Shown piece by piece: positions 48,101-63,943 of a stretch of DNA of 64,000 nt (positions are counted from its first letter, which is position 1; each line of letters starts with the position of its first letter). The notes below the pieces were generated by a model. It did not search any database, was not told the origin of the DNA, and saw only the letters and a list, made by a program, of their open reading frames with translations. Source of the DNA: the human T2T-CHM13v2.0 reference genome, Homo sapiens; NCBI RefSeq assembly GCF_009914755.1, contig NC_060929.1; one strand, given 5' to 3'. The translations under genes and the position numbers were made by a program.

Positions 48101-49373
48101 CTATCCTTGGAGGCCTCTTCATAATCCTGGATTTACTAGGATCCATAATCCTCCTGGATCTTATGGTGCAAGAGGTGATGCGTTCTGTCTCTTTATTTTT
48201 TAATTTCACAATTAAGAACAGTTTGAAGCCATTTTCATTTCATGGTCAAGCGGAGTATGACATCAGAGAGAAACTTTCATTTGGAGGAGATTTGATCACT
48301 CTAAAATGGATGTCTGTGTTATTTACGGTAGTTTTGTAAAAATTGCAAAATCCACACCCATTTTTAAAAACAAGGTGTCATGTATATACACATGTACACA
48401 TACACATACTTGTTTATACACACTCTAAAATCTTATGAATAACTTGAAATCAAACTGGTTGGTATAGAATATTATTTTATAGTGCTTTGATACTGGTCTT
48501 TGGAACATAATCAATTTCTGTCTTTCTAAATATGTGTTTGAAAGGGAAAGCCTAGCAAGTCTATTAATAAGCTCACTTCCCATTTATCCCAGTGTACCTG
48601 GAGCATTAAGCTAAGACGTTCATCCACAGGCTTAAAAACTTACATCAAGCACTACTGAACTTTACAAGCTGGAATAAACAATGCCTACTAAATAAAAGAT
48701 TTATAAAATTGTTCTGTCTTATTTTTGTGATCTCTTGTAAATGTTTTTTTTTTTTTTTTTTTTTAAATATCCAAAGAAGACCTGTGAACTATTATTTGTC
48801 AGAAGCAATTGCCCTTGGTATCTGATTCTGTTGAAAGAAATGCGTTGATTTGTCCAGACCTTTATCTTAATGTAGTTTGTACCTACTTATTTCACATCTT
48901 CTTTCTCTTCTTAATGATGGTCTTAGCTGGTACCCTGGAAACCAGGTAACTGCTGGGGAAAAACACTGAGTAGATATATAGACAACTTGAATATTCTCTG
49001 AAAATGGGCATGGAATCTTTATTGTTATATCAAATTTTCTCTAATTATATCTAATCCTTTAAATTTATTGTATCTCTTAAGACATTAGATAAGCCAGTGA
49101 ACATGAGCTTTTTTCTTTGGCTTAATTATAGTGGACAACTATTAGGAAGGAACTGTGAGGTTGCAAATAGAATATTTTGAAAGATAAAGTACTCTTTATG
49201 TGTTTTGGGGTAATGTTTTTGGAGTGGTTTCTCAGGAAATCGTATAAAGACTGGATTTGAAGAATCTAATAATTCCTATTTTGGGGTTGTAATAAGAACT
49301 ACATATGATATCTAAAAATGACTTAAGTGTGGAATGGCTGGCTCTGAAGGGCTCCTCAACCTCTCAGTCTCAA

Positions 49374-49454
49374 TTAGTGATATCAATTACACTGAAAGTG
49401 TTTTCAACAACTGAAAGTGTCAATCAACACTTTCAGTGTAATTGACATCACTAA
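49374..49454. repeat. Inverted repeat, 29-bp arms with a 23-nt spacer
   Basis: ttagtgatatcaattacactgaaagtgtt / aacactttcagtgtaattgacatcactaa; 28 of 29 positions complementary. Confidence 0.95.
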
Positions 49455-50524
49455 CTAATTTCAGTATATTCAGCTGTATTTTTGTTCCAGCTTGATTAAT
49501 GAAGCCCGGGGGACCCCAGGAGTATTAAGTTAGAAGTAGGATGTCTCAATCCTAAAGGGGACCAAATATCATGGTTCCTATTTTCTGTCCTTGTGTTTGT
49601 AGATATTTGAAATTCTGTATTATATGGGAATTAGCCTGAAAGTGGATTTCATGATATCAAGATGGCCACCTTCCTTGAATTCCCCAGGTCTGCTTATACT
49701 TATACTTATGTAACTTAAGAAGTGGCATTTAAGTTCTCTTGAGAAAATACAAGGGTAGTCTTGAAACCACAGCAGTGCCCAGCCTGCCAAAGGAAGGCTT
49801 TTGTGAAACGCCTTTCCAGCCACAGCCTTTGAGGCAGACGTCTAGGTAAGTGTCACATGAGAACAGATGTCTGGTAAATGCTCTCAAGAGTAAAAATCAA
49901 CCATACAGAGTCCATTTCTCACCAGAATATAGTTCAATTGTAATTTTGAGGAGCCACAAGCCTAAGAAGGAAGCAGTGTGATTAAAACAGCATTCTCCTT
50001 TTCCCTCTAGAAGTCAGAAATGGGATGAAATGGGAGGCAGAGAGAATGAAATAGTGTGTTTTTCTTCTGCACCCTAAGGATTTAAATAACATAAAAAATT
50101 ATTTCTTAATGTTTTACAGACTTTCCATACTCAGTACATTTTTGAACAAAAATAGGGAAAGCTGAGATTTTTTGACTCAACAAGGCCGTCAGTGCTGAGA
50201 GGTGGTGATTGAGCAGGCTTGGAAGTCTAGGAATACATTCCTGAAAGCTTTAGAGATTTAGAAATAGAAACCATCTGCAAGCACCACAGGGGCCCAGGGC
50301 ATAAGGAAACACTTCAGGATAATATAGGAAAATGGTGTGCAGTGGAGAAAGCAAAGCATTTACACAATATTTTCCCCTTATCACTTAAGCATTTTATAAA
50401 CTCTTTTTTTTTTTGGTTCGTTTTGAAGGAGGCAGGACTGGACTTCATTGGTTTGTGTTTTGAACTTCTGTTTGAAGTAGATATTTCAGCAATTTGTACA
50501 TTGTGTAGGGAGTATAATATTTAG

Positions 50525-50750
50525 AAAGCATGATTTGGAGGGTTAGGCATGGTGGGGATGGACTTTGGAGCCACAGCACCAGGTTCGAATCTTCTCTCAG
50601 CCATTTACTGGTTGTATGATCTTTGGTAAATTGCTTACCTTCTCTGTGCCTCAATTTTATTTAGAAAATGGGAATTGTGATACATGGTTACTGTAAGTAT
50701 TAAACAAAATTGTCATGCACTTAGGACAATGCCTCCTTATATTCAGTGCA
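50525..50750 (+). mobile_element. MIR
   Basis: ggactttggagcc..aggttcgaatc..ttctctgtgcctcaattt..aaaatgggaat. Confidence 0.8.
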
Positions 50751-53700
50751 TCTTTTTAAAGGAGTGTGAATATCAGTTTTCTTTACTGCATCCTTCATCT
50801 ATAGCTACTCATATGTTTGTTTCAAAGAGACCATTATTGCAAGACAGGCCAATGGTGGTGCCTTGCTCAGTAGGTAGAATATAGAAGTCTGCGGTTTAGA
50901 AAACTCCTCCAGGTGTGGTTAAGAATACGCTAAATACGTCAGTAGTTCATGTGGACTAAGTTTCAAAAGTGGGTAGGTTAATACAACCCAGCCTCCATAC
51001 TGAATTTGTACTTTTTTTAATTGAAGGAAAAAAATGAAAGTCCTTGGAACTTCAGAGACAGGATTACTGCTTTGATATGTTGAGACCTGGACTCACCCTG
51101 ATTAGCTGTATGACCTTGGGTGTAGATGTAACTCATTCAGATTCCTGAAAATCCTTAGCTTTGTTGTGTCTTGAATCAGATGTATCATTAGCATTTGAAA
51201 GAAGTCTAAGTCATTAGTACTAAGGTTGATAAGCCAACTTAGGTATTTTACATTCCATATTATTCCCACTACCTCCACCCTGCCCCTGCCAAACAGGCAT
51301 CAGATGCCCACCGCCTCCATACCTGGAGTAAAACTGAAAGTTGTATTATGTAGGAATGTAAAGATGTTGTGATCTATTGACAAATCTTTGGAAGGAATTA
51401 TCCCCGTGGGGACCTTAGAAATCAGGAACTCTGAACAACAAAACAAAAAAGTCTTTGGAATTTCAGCTATTTGGGGTGGATCAATTCTGGAACTGGTCTT
51501 AACATTTCAGACATTTACTTCAGGGATATGCCCAAGGATTTGCTTTTGTCCTTCTGGACACTTTGTTGTTGAGCAAAGGTGAATTCACTCTCATTTTGGG
51601 TAAATTGTTGTTTAACAGCTTCCTTAAACAGGTTTTTGTATCTTACGGATTCTGGAGGGAAGTCATATATTTTACTCTATCTGTCAGGTGTTCACTGTAA
51701 GGAAGGGGATTTTAGATATAGTGGTTATGTCTTTTAAAAAGTTTCCTAGGATTTCAATCCGTGTAGATGGAGCTACACTGTACTTCTCCTAAGCCTTGGC
51801 CATTTTATCTTAGGTAATATGGACTCTTCAGGGGGGGAAAAAAGGGGAAGGGGGGCTCTTGAATAAAATGGGTAGCCTTTTCACATATTGACATCTTCAG
51901 TATTAATTTAGAGAGAGCGATACTAACTTCTTCAATGAAAAATTATTTATGGAAGAGATCCAGTGTATACTTCTAATATTTCATCAGTATTACGTTAAAT
52001 TGCTTGTAGATTAGAGGTGCTTCTTGTCATAGTGAATGGAGACTAATACCTTAAGTCATTCCTTTCTAGTATGATGATTGTGGTTGCTCTTACTGAGGAC
52101 TATAAATGTGGATTTGGTTGATACTTTCACGTTTCTCCTTGGACATTGCAGATGGAAGTCATAACCCCAAATGTCTTACTTATCTGCAATTTTGCTCTGA
52201 GATATGGACCAGGCTCTAGCAGACCGTCTGCCACTGTGTAGTTAGTGTTGCCTGATTAGAAATAAACCAAGTCCTGCCTAAATTGGTCAATCTGTTTTGT
52301 TCCGCGTCCACGCAGGATCCACTTACAGAAAGCCAGTGGCTGCTTTTAACCACTATCGAAACCTCAGTCCTTTGTAAGTACTTTCCTTGGAGCAGAAGGT
52401 TTAAAAGCTCATGACTAAACACTCATTTTGGAACTCAAAATAATCTTAGAGAAGTTAGTGGGTTGCTCAGAGTCCCACGAGCTGCTTATGGGCTGCGTGG
52501 AAACCCAGGTTATTTCCCCATAAAGCCTCACTCCTGCTGCCCCTCTCTTCTGAGAGAGAAGCAGAGAATGTCTAATTGAGTCACTCTTACTCACTGTCTG
52601 CAACGTAAAACTTTTTTTTCTACCATTTTTTTTTGTACCCTAGAACCATTAAAAAAAAAACCAGTCTGGATCCTATATCCGTCTCATGATCTCCCCCAGA
52701 GGAGACCTCTTCGGCCTTTTAATACACCACACATGCCCCAGGGGGACGGTGCAGTCACTACCTGCTGCCACTTCATCCACAGGCCATCTTCCCCTCAACT
52801 TACTCCTTTCTGCTTCTTACATTATGTGCACGTGGTTTCCTTTATATGCCAAAAAGTATATGGCATGCACTGAAATAACTTTCTTCATAAAACTAAACTT
52901 TAGTTTTTCTAAAATTTAAGTTAAATCCTTGTTTTTCTCCCAAAATGCACAGTGGTTGGGGGCTGGGAAGCTGGCGATGGTGGGTATGTGTTTGAAAAGA
53001 ACGCCAGCTGGCTTTAGACTTATTTGGGGGCTATAGAGCAAGCGGAGCAGTCAGGCATCCCACCCACCCCTGAAATGCTCGGGGCCCTCTTGGCAGATCC
53101 AGTGTGCACGTTGTCGTGGCAGGTGGTGGATGGAGAGCTTTTATGCCGATTTCTAGCGTTATCTGGCTTATTGGTTTGAGAGCTGCATACAACGGGATGT
53201 TTAATCTTTTTTATTTAAAATTACCATTTATAGTATTTGGGGTGATTTAGAGGATTTAAAAAATCTGTTAGATTCTGAAGTAGTCCTTAAAATATGGAAC
53301 ATAAGTGCTTAAGATGCTAAAACACTTTCTAAAGCATACTATTGGGATGTTTGAAACTGATGTTGGTAAATGTAAACTGTGTGCATTTGTGTTTGGATAA
53401 TCTGTGATAAGTTTAGTTTTTGATGAGACACAATTTTAATTTCACATTTAAAATGACATATTGAGGTCAATAAGAGCAGGTTTGAATTTACATTTTCCAG
53501 AGAAACCCACAATTAATAGGTAACTTTTATTTTCATAATGCTTTTAATTATTACACTTACGTAGATTCAGAAATGGATATATTCCTAAAATAAACCAAAA
53601 TTAAAACTTCTTTGTCTTTTTAAAGAAAAGCTGTGGTTCTATTAGAGAAAAATACTTCTTTTTTAAGTTTATGAAGAAATAGCTGTTAGATAAAAACTTT

Positions 53701-54274
53701 TCCTGGTTGAGCTTTCTAAATTACAAATTTCCTGAATTGCATGGCAAAGTGACTTTGAAAAGACCCACTTCATTTTTCCTTTGACAGTCTATTCAAAACA
53801 CCATTACCACGTAGACTAATACAATAACCAAGGTAAATAGTAACAAGATCTAATGGGGGAAATAGTGTATCAAAAGGGGGAAAACAGTATCCACTGACAG
53901 AGAGAACTAGCTGTTTCTTAAAGAGACAGAGAAGAAAGGTTTCCTCGGAGTTATTGGGTCTTCATAGGATGGTCTCCTGTCCTTCTCTGAGCTTGCCTTG
54001 GAAACTGTAGAGGCTGTAGGAATATTTGCTGTCTTTAACCCTTACTAATGTTCTCAGCTATTTCATTAGAGGATCACAGTGTCTGTATTTGCCTTAGGTG
54101 TAAGATGATTGGAGAAAAGGAAAATGTAGAGAAATCAGATTGACTTTAGATGGACAGGCAGAGAGTTCTGGAGTGACTTCCCACTCCTTAATTCTGCAAT
54201 GCACCCAGAAGGCAGGGTGAGGTTAGATGATCACCTGGGTATTTACTATAGCCATTATTACTGTGATTAGATAA

Positions 54275-55128
<854 letters not shown>

Positions 55129-57049
55129 TGATGACAGTGCCTCCAAAGGCTTCTCATAATCACCCAACCTCAGGTAAACAGGGTGAATGCCACCCTATTG
55201 ACAGGAGGTTTATTGTGGCACTGGGTTTTGCTCAGTAGCCCTGGTGATCTGTTGTTGAGAACCCAAGCTCATATTTCCCAAGGCTCACCCAACTGGACTT
55301 TAGAAACCTGGTTCCAGAATTTTCAAATGTTTGGTTTTCAGGCAGATAGTAACAAGTGTTTGTACCAATGTTCTCCAGAAGGTTGTTAAGACAAGATTGA
55401 TAATGCTTCCCAGGTATGTGTTTCTTTTTCTGACTCACAGCTGCATGTTACTAGTTTTCCTCATCTGACCCGATGATTGACTGATGGAAAGTCTCATTGA
55501 AGGTTTGGTTATCCTTTCATTGGTAGAAGAGACAAAAACAGGACATAAGTGGCTTATTCCATTCACCTCTACTTTTCTATTGTAACTGGATTTATTTCTG
55601 CCATCCAGACAGAGAGCCTGGGCTTTGATTTCATCTGTACCAAAGTTTTCTGGGTGGACAGGTACAGGGGGTCATCGTAAGAGAACTCAACTGACCACAA
55701 TGCAGAGAGAGGTAACTATCCAATGGAATGGTAACATGGTTCCACTACGGTAAGAACTGTAGTGTTAAATGAAATGAATTCTTAATGGGAAAGGAGTCCT
55801 ATGAATATTTCTAAGTTGTTATGTTTAACTTAACTAACTCTTAAATGCAGGGAATTTAACTTAAAAGTGAATTTAACAAAGAAGTGAATTTAAAAGCCAA
55901 CAAGCTTCATATCTCTCCACCTCACCCCAAACCCGTGTTAATTAGCCCTTCTTGCTTAAATCAAATCACCTTGTTGAAATTTAATGCTGTGACTAGCAAT
56001 GTATTCTTTGACCATATCCTTGTTTCCAGCAACAAATACTGCCACGTTAAGGGGAGAAGGAAGTGATGGATAGAGGGACCAGTTGGCAGATTGGGACACA
56101 CGTACAAACACTATTCCTTTAACTTGCTTTCTTTAGATCCGTAGTTCCTACCTGTGAGTCTCATTTCTGTATTGATCCGCATTGGCTAAGCATACGACTA
56201 AAGCGGGATTCTTTGTCTTTTCTTCAGTGAGCTAGCCAGGAATCTCAGAAAAAGGGCAAAGAAGTCCAGAATGATGTAATGCTGCAAAAAATGTTACTGC
56301 TGTTTCTAAGGGGAGTGGAAGAAACCCAAGCCAGTTTTGAGTTGAGTGTGCTTCCTGTTGGAAGGGGGTGAGAATTCAGAGATGTATACCTATTAAAAAA
56401 AAAACAAAACTCTTAGGATATCACACAGCGTGGCAAACCAGCAAGCCCTGACCTGTTAGCAGTTGTTTGCATAGTTTACCAGGTAGAGAAAGCATCCACA
56501 GATAGAATCAAATGTTTGAGGACACTAACGTGCACTGTGGTTAGTGTGAGGTTTAACTGGCTGGGGACACATTTCCACTTAAATCTGATTCTGATAACAC
56601 ATTTAACTACTTCCCTAGCTAATTACACAGTTCCAGGCTTGAGAGAGGAAAAGGCACCTGTGAGCAGTGGCATGTCTTGTTAAATAAGGTTTGAAAACCC
56701 TTCCGAAAAGGAAGAAATGGCTGTACTTGGGGACGTTTGAGCATAGTAATTGTGCAGCCTTGCTCCTGGCTGAGGGGAGGGGAAAGAAAGCCCTTGGTTT
56801 CTGCTCCAAGAAGTGTTCAAATTCCCCTTATGTGGGCAGAATTTTTGGTAAGTACAATACAGGAAGCAAAACTGCATTGTTCTAGGTCAGCAGTCAATGA
56901 CCTATTGTTTCTGAGCCCCTCTGTTCCCTCCTCACTTTGTGTTCAGGGGACGAAAGCCCAGAGCAGGAGAAGAGGAAGGGAAGTCTGGGAGAGGCTGGGA
57001 AGATGCACCCGCATTAACACAAGTTGGAGAGGCACCAATGCTCTCCTCC

Positions 57050-57430
57050 TGTGTCTACTCAGGCTGCCATAACAAAATAACAGATGGGATAACTTAACAA
57101 AAATATATTTTTTCATAGTTCTGCAGGCTGGAAGTCCAAGATCAACATGTTGGTAGGATTGGGTTTTTTTTTTTTTTTTTTTGATGGAGTCTTGCTCTGT
57201 CACCCAGGCTGGAGTGCAGTGGCACTATCTTGGCTCACTGCAACCTCTGCCTCCCGGGTTCAAGCAGTTCTCTGCCTCAGCCTCCCAAGTAGCTGGGATT
57301 ATAGGCGTGTGCCACCACGCCCAGCTAATTTTTTTGTATTTTTAGTAGAGATAGGGTTTCACCATCTTGGCCAGGCTGGTCTTGAACTCCAAAGTGCTGG
57401 GATTACAGGCATGAGCTACCGCACCTGGCC
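57050..57430 (-). mobile_element. MLT1A/MST LTR fragment (57050-57163) plus Alu with a ~30-bp deletion (57164-57430)
   Basis: ggctgccataacaaaata..ggctggaagtccaagatcaa; the Alu reads gaactcc|aaagtgctggg. Confidence 0.85.
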
Positions 57431-57932
57431 CAGACTTGAGTTTTCTAAATCAGAATGGAATGATCCTGGGGAAGCTCATTTTAAAATCTCCTACCCAGAG
57501 TGGCAATGGTAGAGAGCCCTTCTTGTTCTAGACAGAAGAGTTGACCAGATGCCTAGGCCACTTTAAAATCCTATTCTAGCATCTGTGCTTTCTTTTAGGG
57601 ATTCATTAGACAGACTCTTAACGGTGGAACAGATTTTACTGGATAGAGACTTGGGGTTGAAGACAGAAGGCAGGGGCTTGAATAGAAGCAAGTGCAGGAA
57701 GAGTGGTGGGGGTTTTGACAGAAAGTTTATGAATCAGTGGGACACCGAGGAAAGGGAAGTGTGTGTCGGGAATCATGGAAATCCTCCATGACTATAGAAA
57801 CCAAGGCTAATGAATTTTGGGGCCTTTCCAAGCAATAAAACAAGTAGTGATACTTACAGGGATTCTTTTGAGGGGCATTCTCAACAAGTGTGGGTGTGGG
57901 TAAGTCTACACTTAACCCTTTTGAGAGGGTCC

Positions 57933-58240
<308 letters not shown>

Positions 58241-58639
58241 CGAGAGGGTCTTTTTAAAACAGTTTACGACTTTTAGGCGTACCCTGTCAAGTAATTCAGT
58301 TATTGCTTTCCTGGCTCAAATTTAAGGTCACATTACGTTAACTCTGGCAATACAAATATTGCCTCATGAATCCCCAGTGAAATTGAGAATTAACAATTTA
58401 ATTTTACTACACTAGATAAACAAACCACTGGTCTTAAAAATAATTGAAACGATGCTGTTTAATGTCTTTTATAACAACTTTCACTGAATTGTTTTCTACA
58501 TAAAACATAGGATGTAAGTTATTGTAGAATTTAAAAATTTTAACTCTTAAAATTTATGCAGTGTCTATTTTCAATGCAATGTCAGTGAGGACCTTTAGCA
58601 CTCACTTTCCTGGTAGATAGCACCTTCTTCCAATCATGC

Positions 58640-59260
58640 CAGAAAACTAGGCTTGTCTCCTGGAATTCCCCATATGGCCTCCTTCCTGGGTAGTGAAACT
58701 CACATATGTCCATTTCCCTCTACTTGAAGCCATTAATCTAGTGGAAGCTTCTATTCTCTCCTGGATCACTGCCCTAATACTCTCCTAAATCCAAGCATGA
58801 CATTCCTCTGCTTAAGATTTTAGGCCTAACTCTCCATTAAACCTGGAATAAAACACCGGCTCTCAGCATGTTCACCTTCTATTTTCGTCTCTTACCTCCG
58901 TTCCTACACACTCTCTCACCCACCCTCTTCAGCCATACCAACAGGCTCCCAGGTCTCCCAGGGCTCCAAGCTCATGCCTACTGCTTTTTCTGCCTGGAAT
59001 ATTCTTTTCCCCACTGTTGAAGTTACTCCTAGTTCAGATCTCAGCTTAAATGTCACTCTTGCAAAGATGTTCCCACACCTCCTGGCACTGGGCATTTTTG
59101 TCCCTGCATTTGCCAGAATTGATGAGATTATGTAACGTCTCTGCTCCTCTAGATTAAAACATCCAGGAGGCAGGGATGTGTCTGTTTTGTGGACCCATAA
59201 CAGTGCCCTATAACAATTTCTGATCCATACCAAGCACCCCATGTCTGTTCAGTGTTGAAG
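58640..59260 (-). mobile_element. L2
   Basis: ctctcctggatcactgc..tctgcctggaat..cagatctcagcttaaatgtcac..ggcagggatgtgtctgtttt. Confidence 0.8.
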
Positions 59261-61225
59261 GTTGTCTACAGTACATTATGTTCATGGAGAGCACGTGTCT
59301 TCTGAACATCGCCTTTGGCAGCTGAGATGACTTCCATAAATGGGCCAAAATTTCACCTCATCAGTTGTGCTTACTATGAAGATGAATAGCTGATGAACTC
59401 CAATTACAGTAATTATTCTGTTTCCAGGCAATAACCTTAGCAGTAGTTGTTCTAAAGCCCTGAGACATTACAAGTAATGAGTACTGATGGCTCATGCATC
59501 TGAGTGTCCTCCCAAGGTAGAGTCCGAAATGAAAAATGAAGCTGTGTATTATTTGAGGGAGACAAATAGTATTACATTGTGGGAACCTTTCAGAAACACA
59601 ACACGATGAGTGAAAGCTGAGGATGATTGTGGTTACACTCCTCGTCTGTCCTTCCAGGTTATTGAATGCTTTTGGTCTGCTTTGGATCAATCATTATTGA
59701 ACAACTTAACTGAATGCATTTTAGTAACAGCCTTTGTGAAGCTGCGAACATCAGGTCCCTAGAAAAGCAGGTGGCTTGAAATCTTTACACATTAGTCAAT
59801 TATAAACCTAATGAAGTAAAAACGAATTTAGCTCTAATTCTGCGCTGTGACTACTTACTCTGCATCGTGAGTTCTACGAGGTTAGGACCTTGCTTTGTTC
59901 ATCTTTGGATGTCAGTTTCTAGCACCTAACCGAACCTGTGGTCCAGTAAAGGGCTGGATACGTGGAAGGGCATGTTTCATGGTCATGTGACATCATGCTG
60001 TGCAAATAAGGCACATTTCAGAACGCTGTCCTTTACTTTCACATCCAGGAACCAGCTTGTAACGAACCTTTGGCAAACATCACCGTGGATTTTTCTTTTT
60101 CTTTTTTTTTTGGAGGAGGAGGTGGGGCACAACTAAGACATCATTTGTGATTTACTCCCCCTCCTCTTCCATGTCACATACCTCTTAGATGGTCAACATT
60201 CACCTTCTGCTGTCTCATTTCTGAGACATGAGACAGCCATCGGACTTAGTTTTAACTAGGATTATTAGAAATATTTTTGTGTCCATCTTGAGATCTCTCA
60301 TCAGATCAATGTCTAGTTTTCTTTTGCTGATTCTTATTGATGGAATTCTTATTAAATAAAAAAGTTTGTAGCTTTTCACAATGGTATGAAATTGATTTCT
60401 AAAGTAATCTGTAGTTAAATAATAATGCAAGATTCCAGTAAGCATGTCTAGTTCTAGCAATACAATTTACTCATTCCAAAACATTTCTGGATGTTGATCC
60501 TTTATTTGCAAAATTTTTATTTTCATAGGCTTCTGGTTTGCATATTAAAACTATAGTTGTAGTTGAGGTGATGGTAGGCGTCTTTATTGTCTATACCTGT
60601 GAGCTGGGTTGAAATATAAGATATTCTCATACCATCTCTATAATCTATGCCATAAACACTTGGCACTTTATTAAATCAATACTTGGTCTGAAGATTGTCT
60701 CATTTTAAATGAATTCAGCTCATGAATTGGCCAGTGGCATCCTCTTCAGCTGAAACTCCTATATCTCCTTCCCCTTCTTTGTGTTCCTCCCCTAACATAC
60801 AGCTGATACTCCCTGGGTAAGATCTGAAGGAGCTGGCTGTGGGTCATCTAGTCCAGAAGGCCATGTCAGTGTTATTTAAATCAGGTAGTAGAATGGGAAG
60901 GGCAGTTTGCAATTAATTTTTTATCTTAATGTTTCGAGTCTCTAGTGCACCATACTGCCTCCTGGTTTCTCACAGACCTACTGTATGTTTTGTTTGGAAG
61001 CCTTGGCTCATCTTGTGGGTTGTGTACTTAGCTGGAATGACATGGTATCGATGGTTGAGGAGCAATTTATGACACAGATGAGTAATTAGGTGACTGATAC
61101 GCCTTTTGATGTGTGTTTCCAAGTAGATGATATTTTCTTTTCTTTGTTTTTTTTTTTTCAACATTCTGATATGATTTGCTAGTGATGGTGATGGTGTCAT
61201 TTTGGTTTCAAAACTGGAAAATACA

Positions 61226-61611
<386 letters not shown>

Positions 61612-62636
61612 TCAGGAAATGTCTGTGTGTATCTCAGTCTTCTGCTATTGTAGGCACACATCATACTTCAACTGTATGAAGATTATTCTATTCCTGCTCT
61701 ATAAATATGTTATTGGATTGGATGAGCAAGATATACACTTACACATTTGAAGCCGTAAGTAAAAAAAAAAATTATATAGTTAAAAGGTACAAATAATTGC
61801 TTTTGTGATGAATTTGTTCTTTAAATGAAACATCAGTGGCATTTGTTCATGTAGTTCTCAGATAAAACTTCCTAAAAGTGGTTCAAGTGATTTCAAAATG
61901 CCAAGAATATGTTGCAAACTTGTTTTTTTGTATACAAATGAACAGCTGACATGAGGTTTTTCTACCATGTGAATGTGACGTGGGAACATACAAACCACAC
62001 TAAAATATTGCAGAATTGATGTTTGTTTATTGATGGAGTTGGGAGACGCATCTCCTTTAAGTAGCTTACAGTGGGTGAAGGCAAACAAGGAAATCAGTAA
62101 TTACAGCGAAGCAAATGTTGGTCCGTAGATACATGGGGTAGAGATATAAACAGCAGATAGTCATTAAGTTTACTACTCCGATCAATTATATTCTTTTTCT
62201 TCAATCTGTCCCTAGATCCACCTCTTTTGCCTGACTAAGCCATGTGAGATATTCCAGTGAGATATTCAATTGGCTATTATTTAAAGAGTTTTATGTGAAT
62301 ATCACTGTAGAGAATATGGAAGAATTCAGCATCGATTACATTTAGTTTAAAGGTCTTAATCACTAGATAGAAAAGAGATTTACACATCTTAAATTTCCAT
62401 TAAAAAGCAGGCATTTGGGGATTAGAAACTGAAGGAAAAGATTTCCAAGAGTAGCTAGTTCTTAAAACACAGTAAGAATATGCTTTAGCTCTTGAACACA
62501 GTGTTTGTAGTTACTGTCAGACTCCTTGGGGAAGTGTCTTCTGCTGGGGCTCTCACCTGACAGGCTAACTGCATTAAGATGGGCCACTCAGCTTGAGAAA
62601 CAGGAAGAATTGCTGTTGCTCCCGTCTGCTATTTAT

Positions 62637-62940
62637 GTTTTTCTTTTTTTTTTTTTTGAGACTGAGTCTCACTCTGTCACCCAGGCTGGAGTGCAGTGGT
62701 GCGATCTTGGCTCACTGAAAGCTTCATCTCCCAGGTTCACGCCATTCTCCTGCCTCAGCCTCCCGAGTAGCTGGGATTACAGGTGCCCGCCACCAGGCCG
62801 GGCTAATTTTTTTTGTATTTTTAGTAGAGACGGGGTTTCACCGTGTTAGCCAGGATGGTCTCGATCTCATGACCTCATGATCAGCCCACCTCGGCCTCCC
62901 AAAGTGCTAGGATTACAGGCGTGAGCCACCACGCCTGGCC
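62637..62940 (-). mobile_element. AluY
   Basis: Y-diagnostic ttcacgccattc and ccgtgttagccaggatgg; TSD tgct(a/c)tttatgttttt. Confidence 0.95.
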
Positions 62941-63326
62941 TGCTCTTTATGTTTTTTCATATGAATTACATTTCCTTACATCCCTATTCAGATGTCGACG
63001 TTACTTTTGCTCAAAAGTGCTCCTTTCTCTTGACTCCTGAGTTGCAAATAGCTTACCAAGGTAGCTGGGACTCTTGACCATGATGTTTTTTAAAATGAAA
63101 TCTGTCAACAAATGAAAGACAGGATTGGTAACTAGTATTTTATCATTCCTCCAGCCTTCATCCTCCAGCTTGATTTATACTAACCACCATCTGAAATTGA
63201 TGATTGTTTCCCATGACCCCACAGGGAGATTCCTTGGATGTAGGAACTCTGCCTGATTTTTGTTTTCCTAGACCTTCAGACACTACTTGGCCCAGAGTAA
63301 TTGCTCTTTATGAATCACTGCTTTAG

Positions 63327-63515
63327 TCCAAGCTTGTCCAGTTCTCTGCCCAGGACTGCTTTGAATGTGGCCCAACACCAGTTTGCAAACTTTCTTAAAA
63401 CATGAGACTTTTTTTTTTCTTTTTTAGCTCATTAGCTATTGTTAGCGTATTTTATGTGTGGCCCAAGACAATTCTTCCAGTGTGGCCCAGGGAAGCCAAA
63501 AGATTGGACACCCCC
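63327..63515 (-). mobile_element. MER30
   Basis: tatgtgtggcccaagacaattcttcca..ggcccagggaagccaaaagattggacaccc. Confidence 0.85.
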
Positions 63516-63592
63516 ACCCTTGCGTTTAGTCTTTAAGACTATTCTACCTTGGGGGAGAAAAGCAAAAATGATTTCTTATTACACGTATTTAA

Positions 63593-63943
<351 letters not shown>

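Noticed and set aside
55200-55760. Possible L3/CR1 relic
   Set aside because: Similarity is too faint to support by eye.
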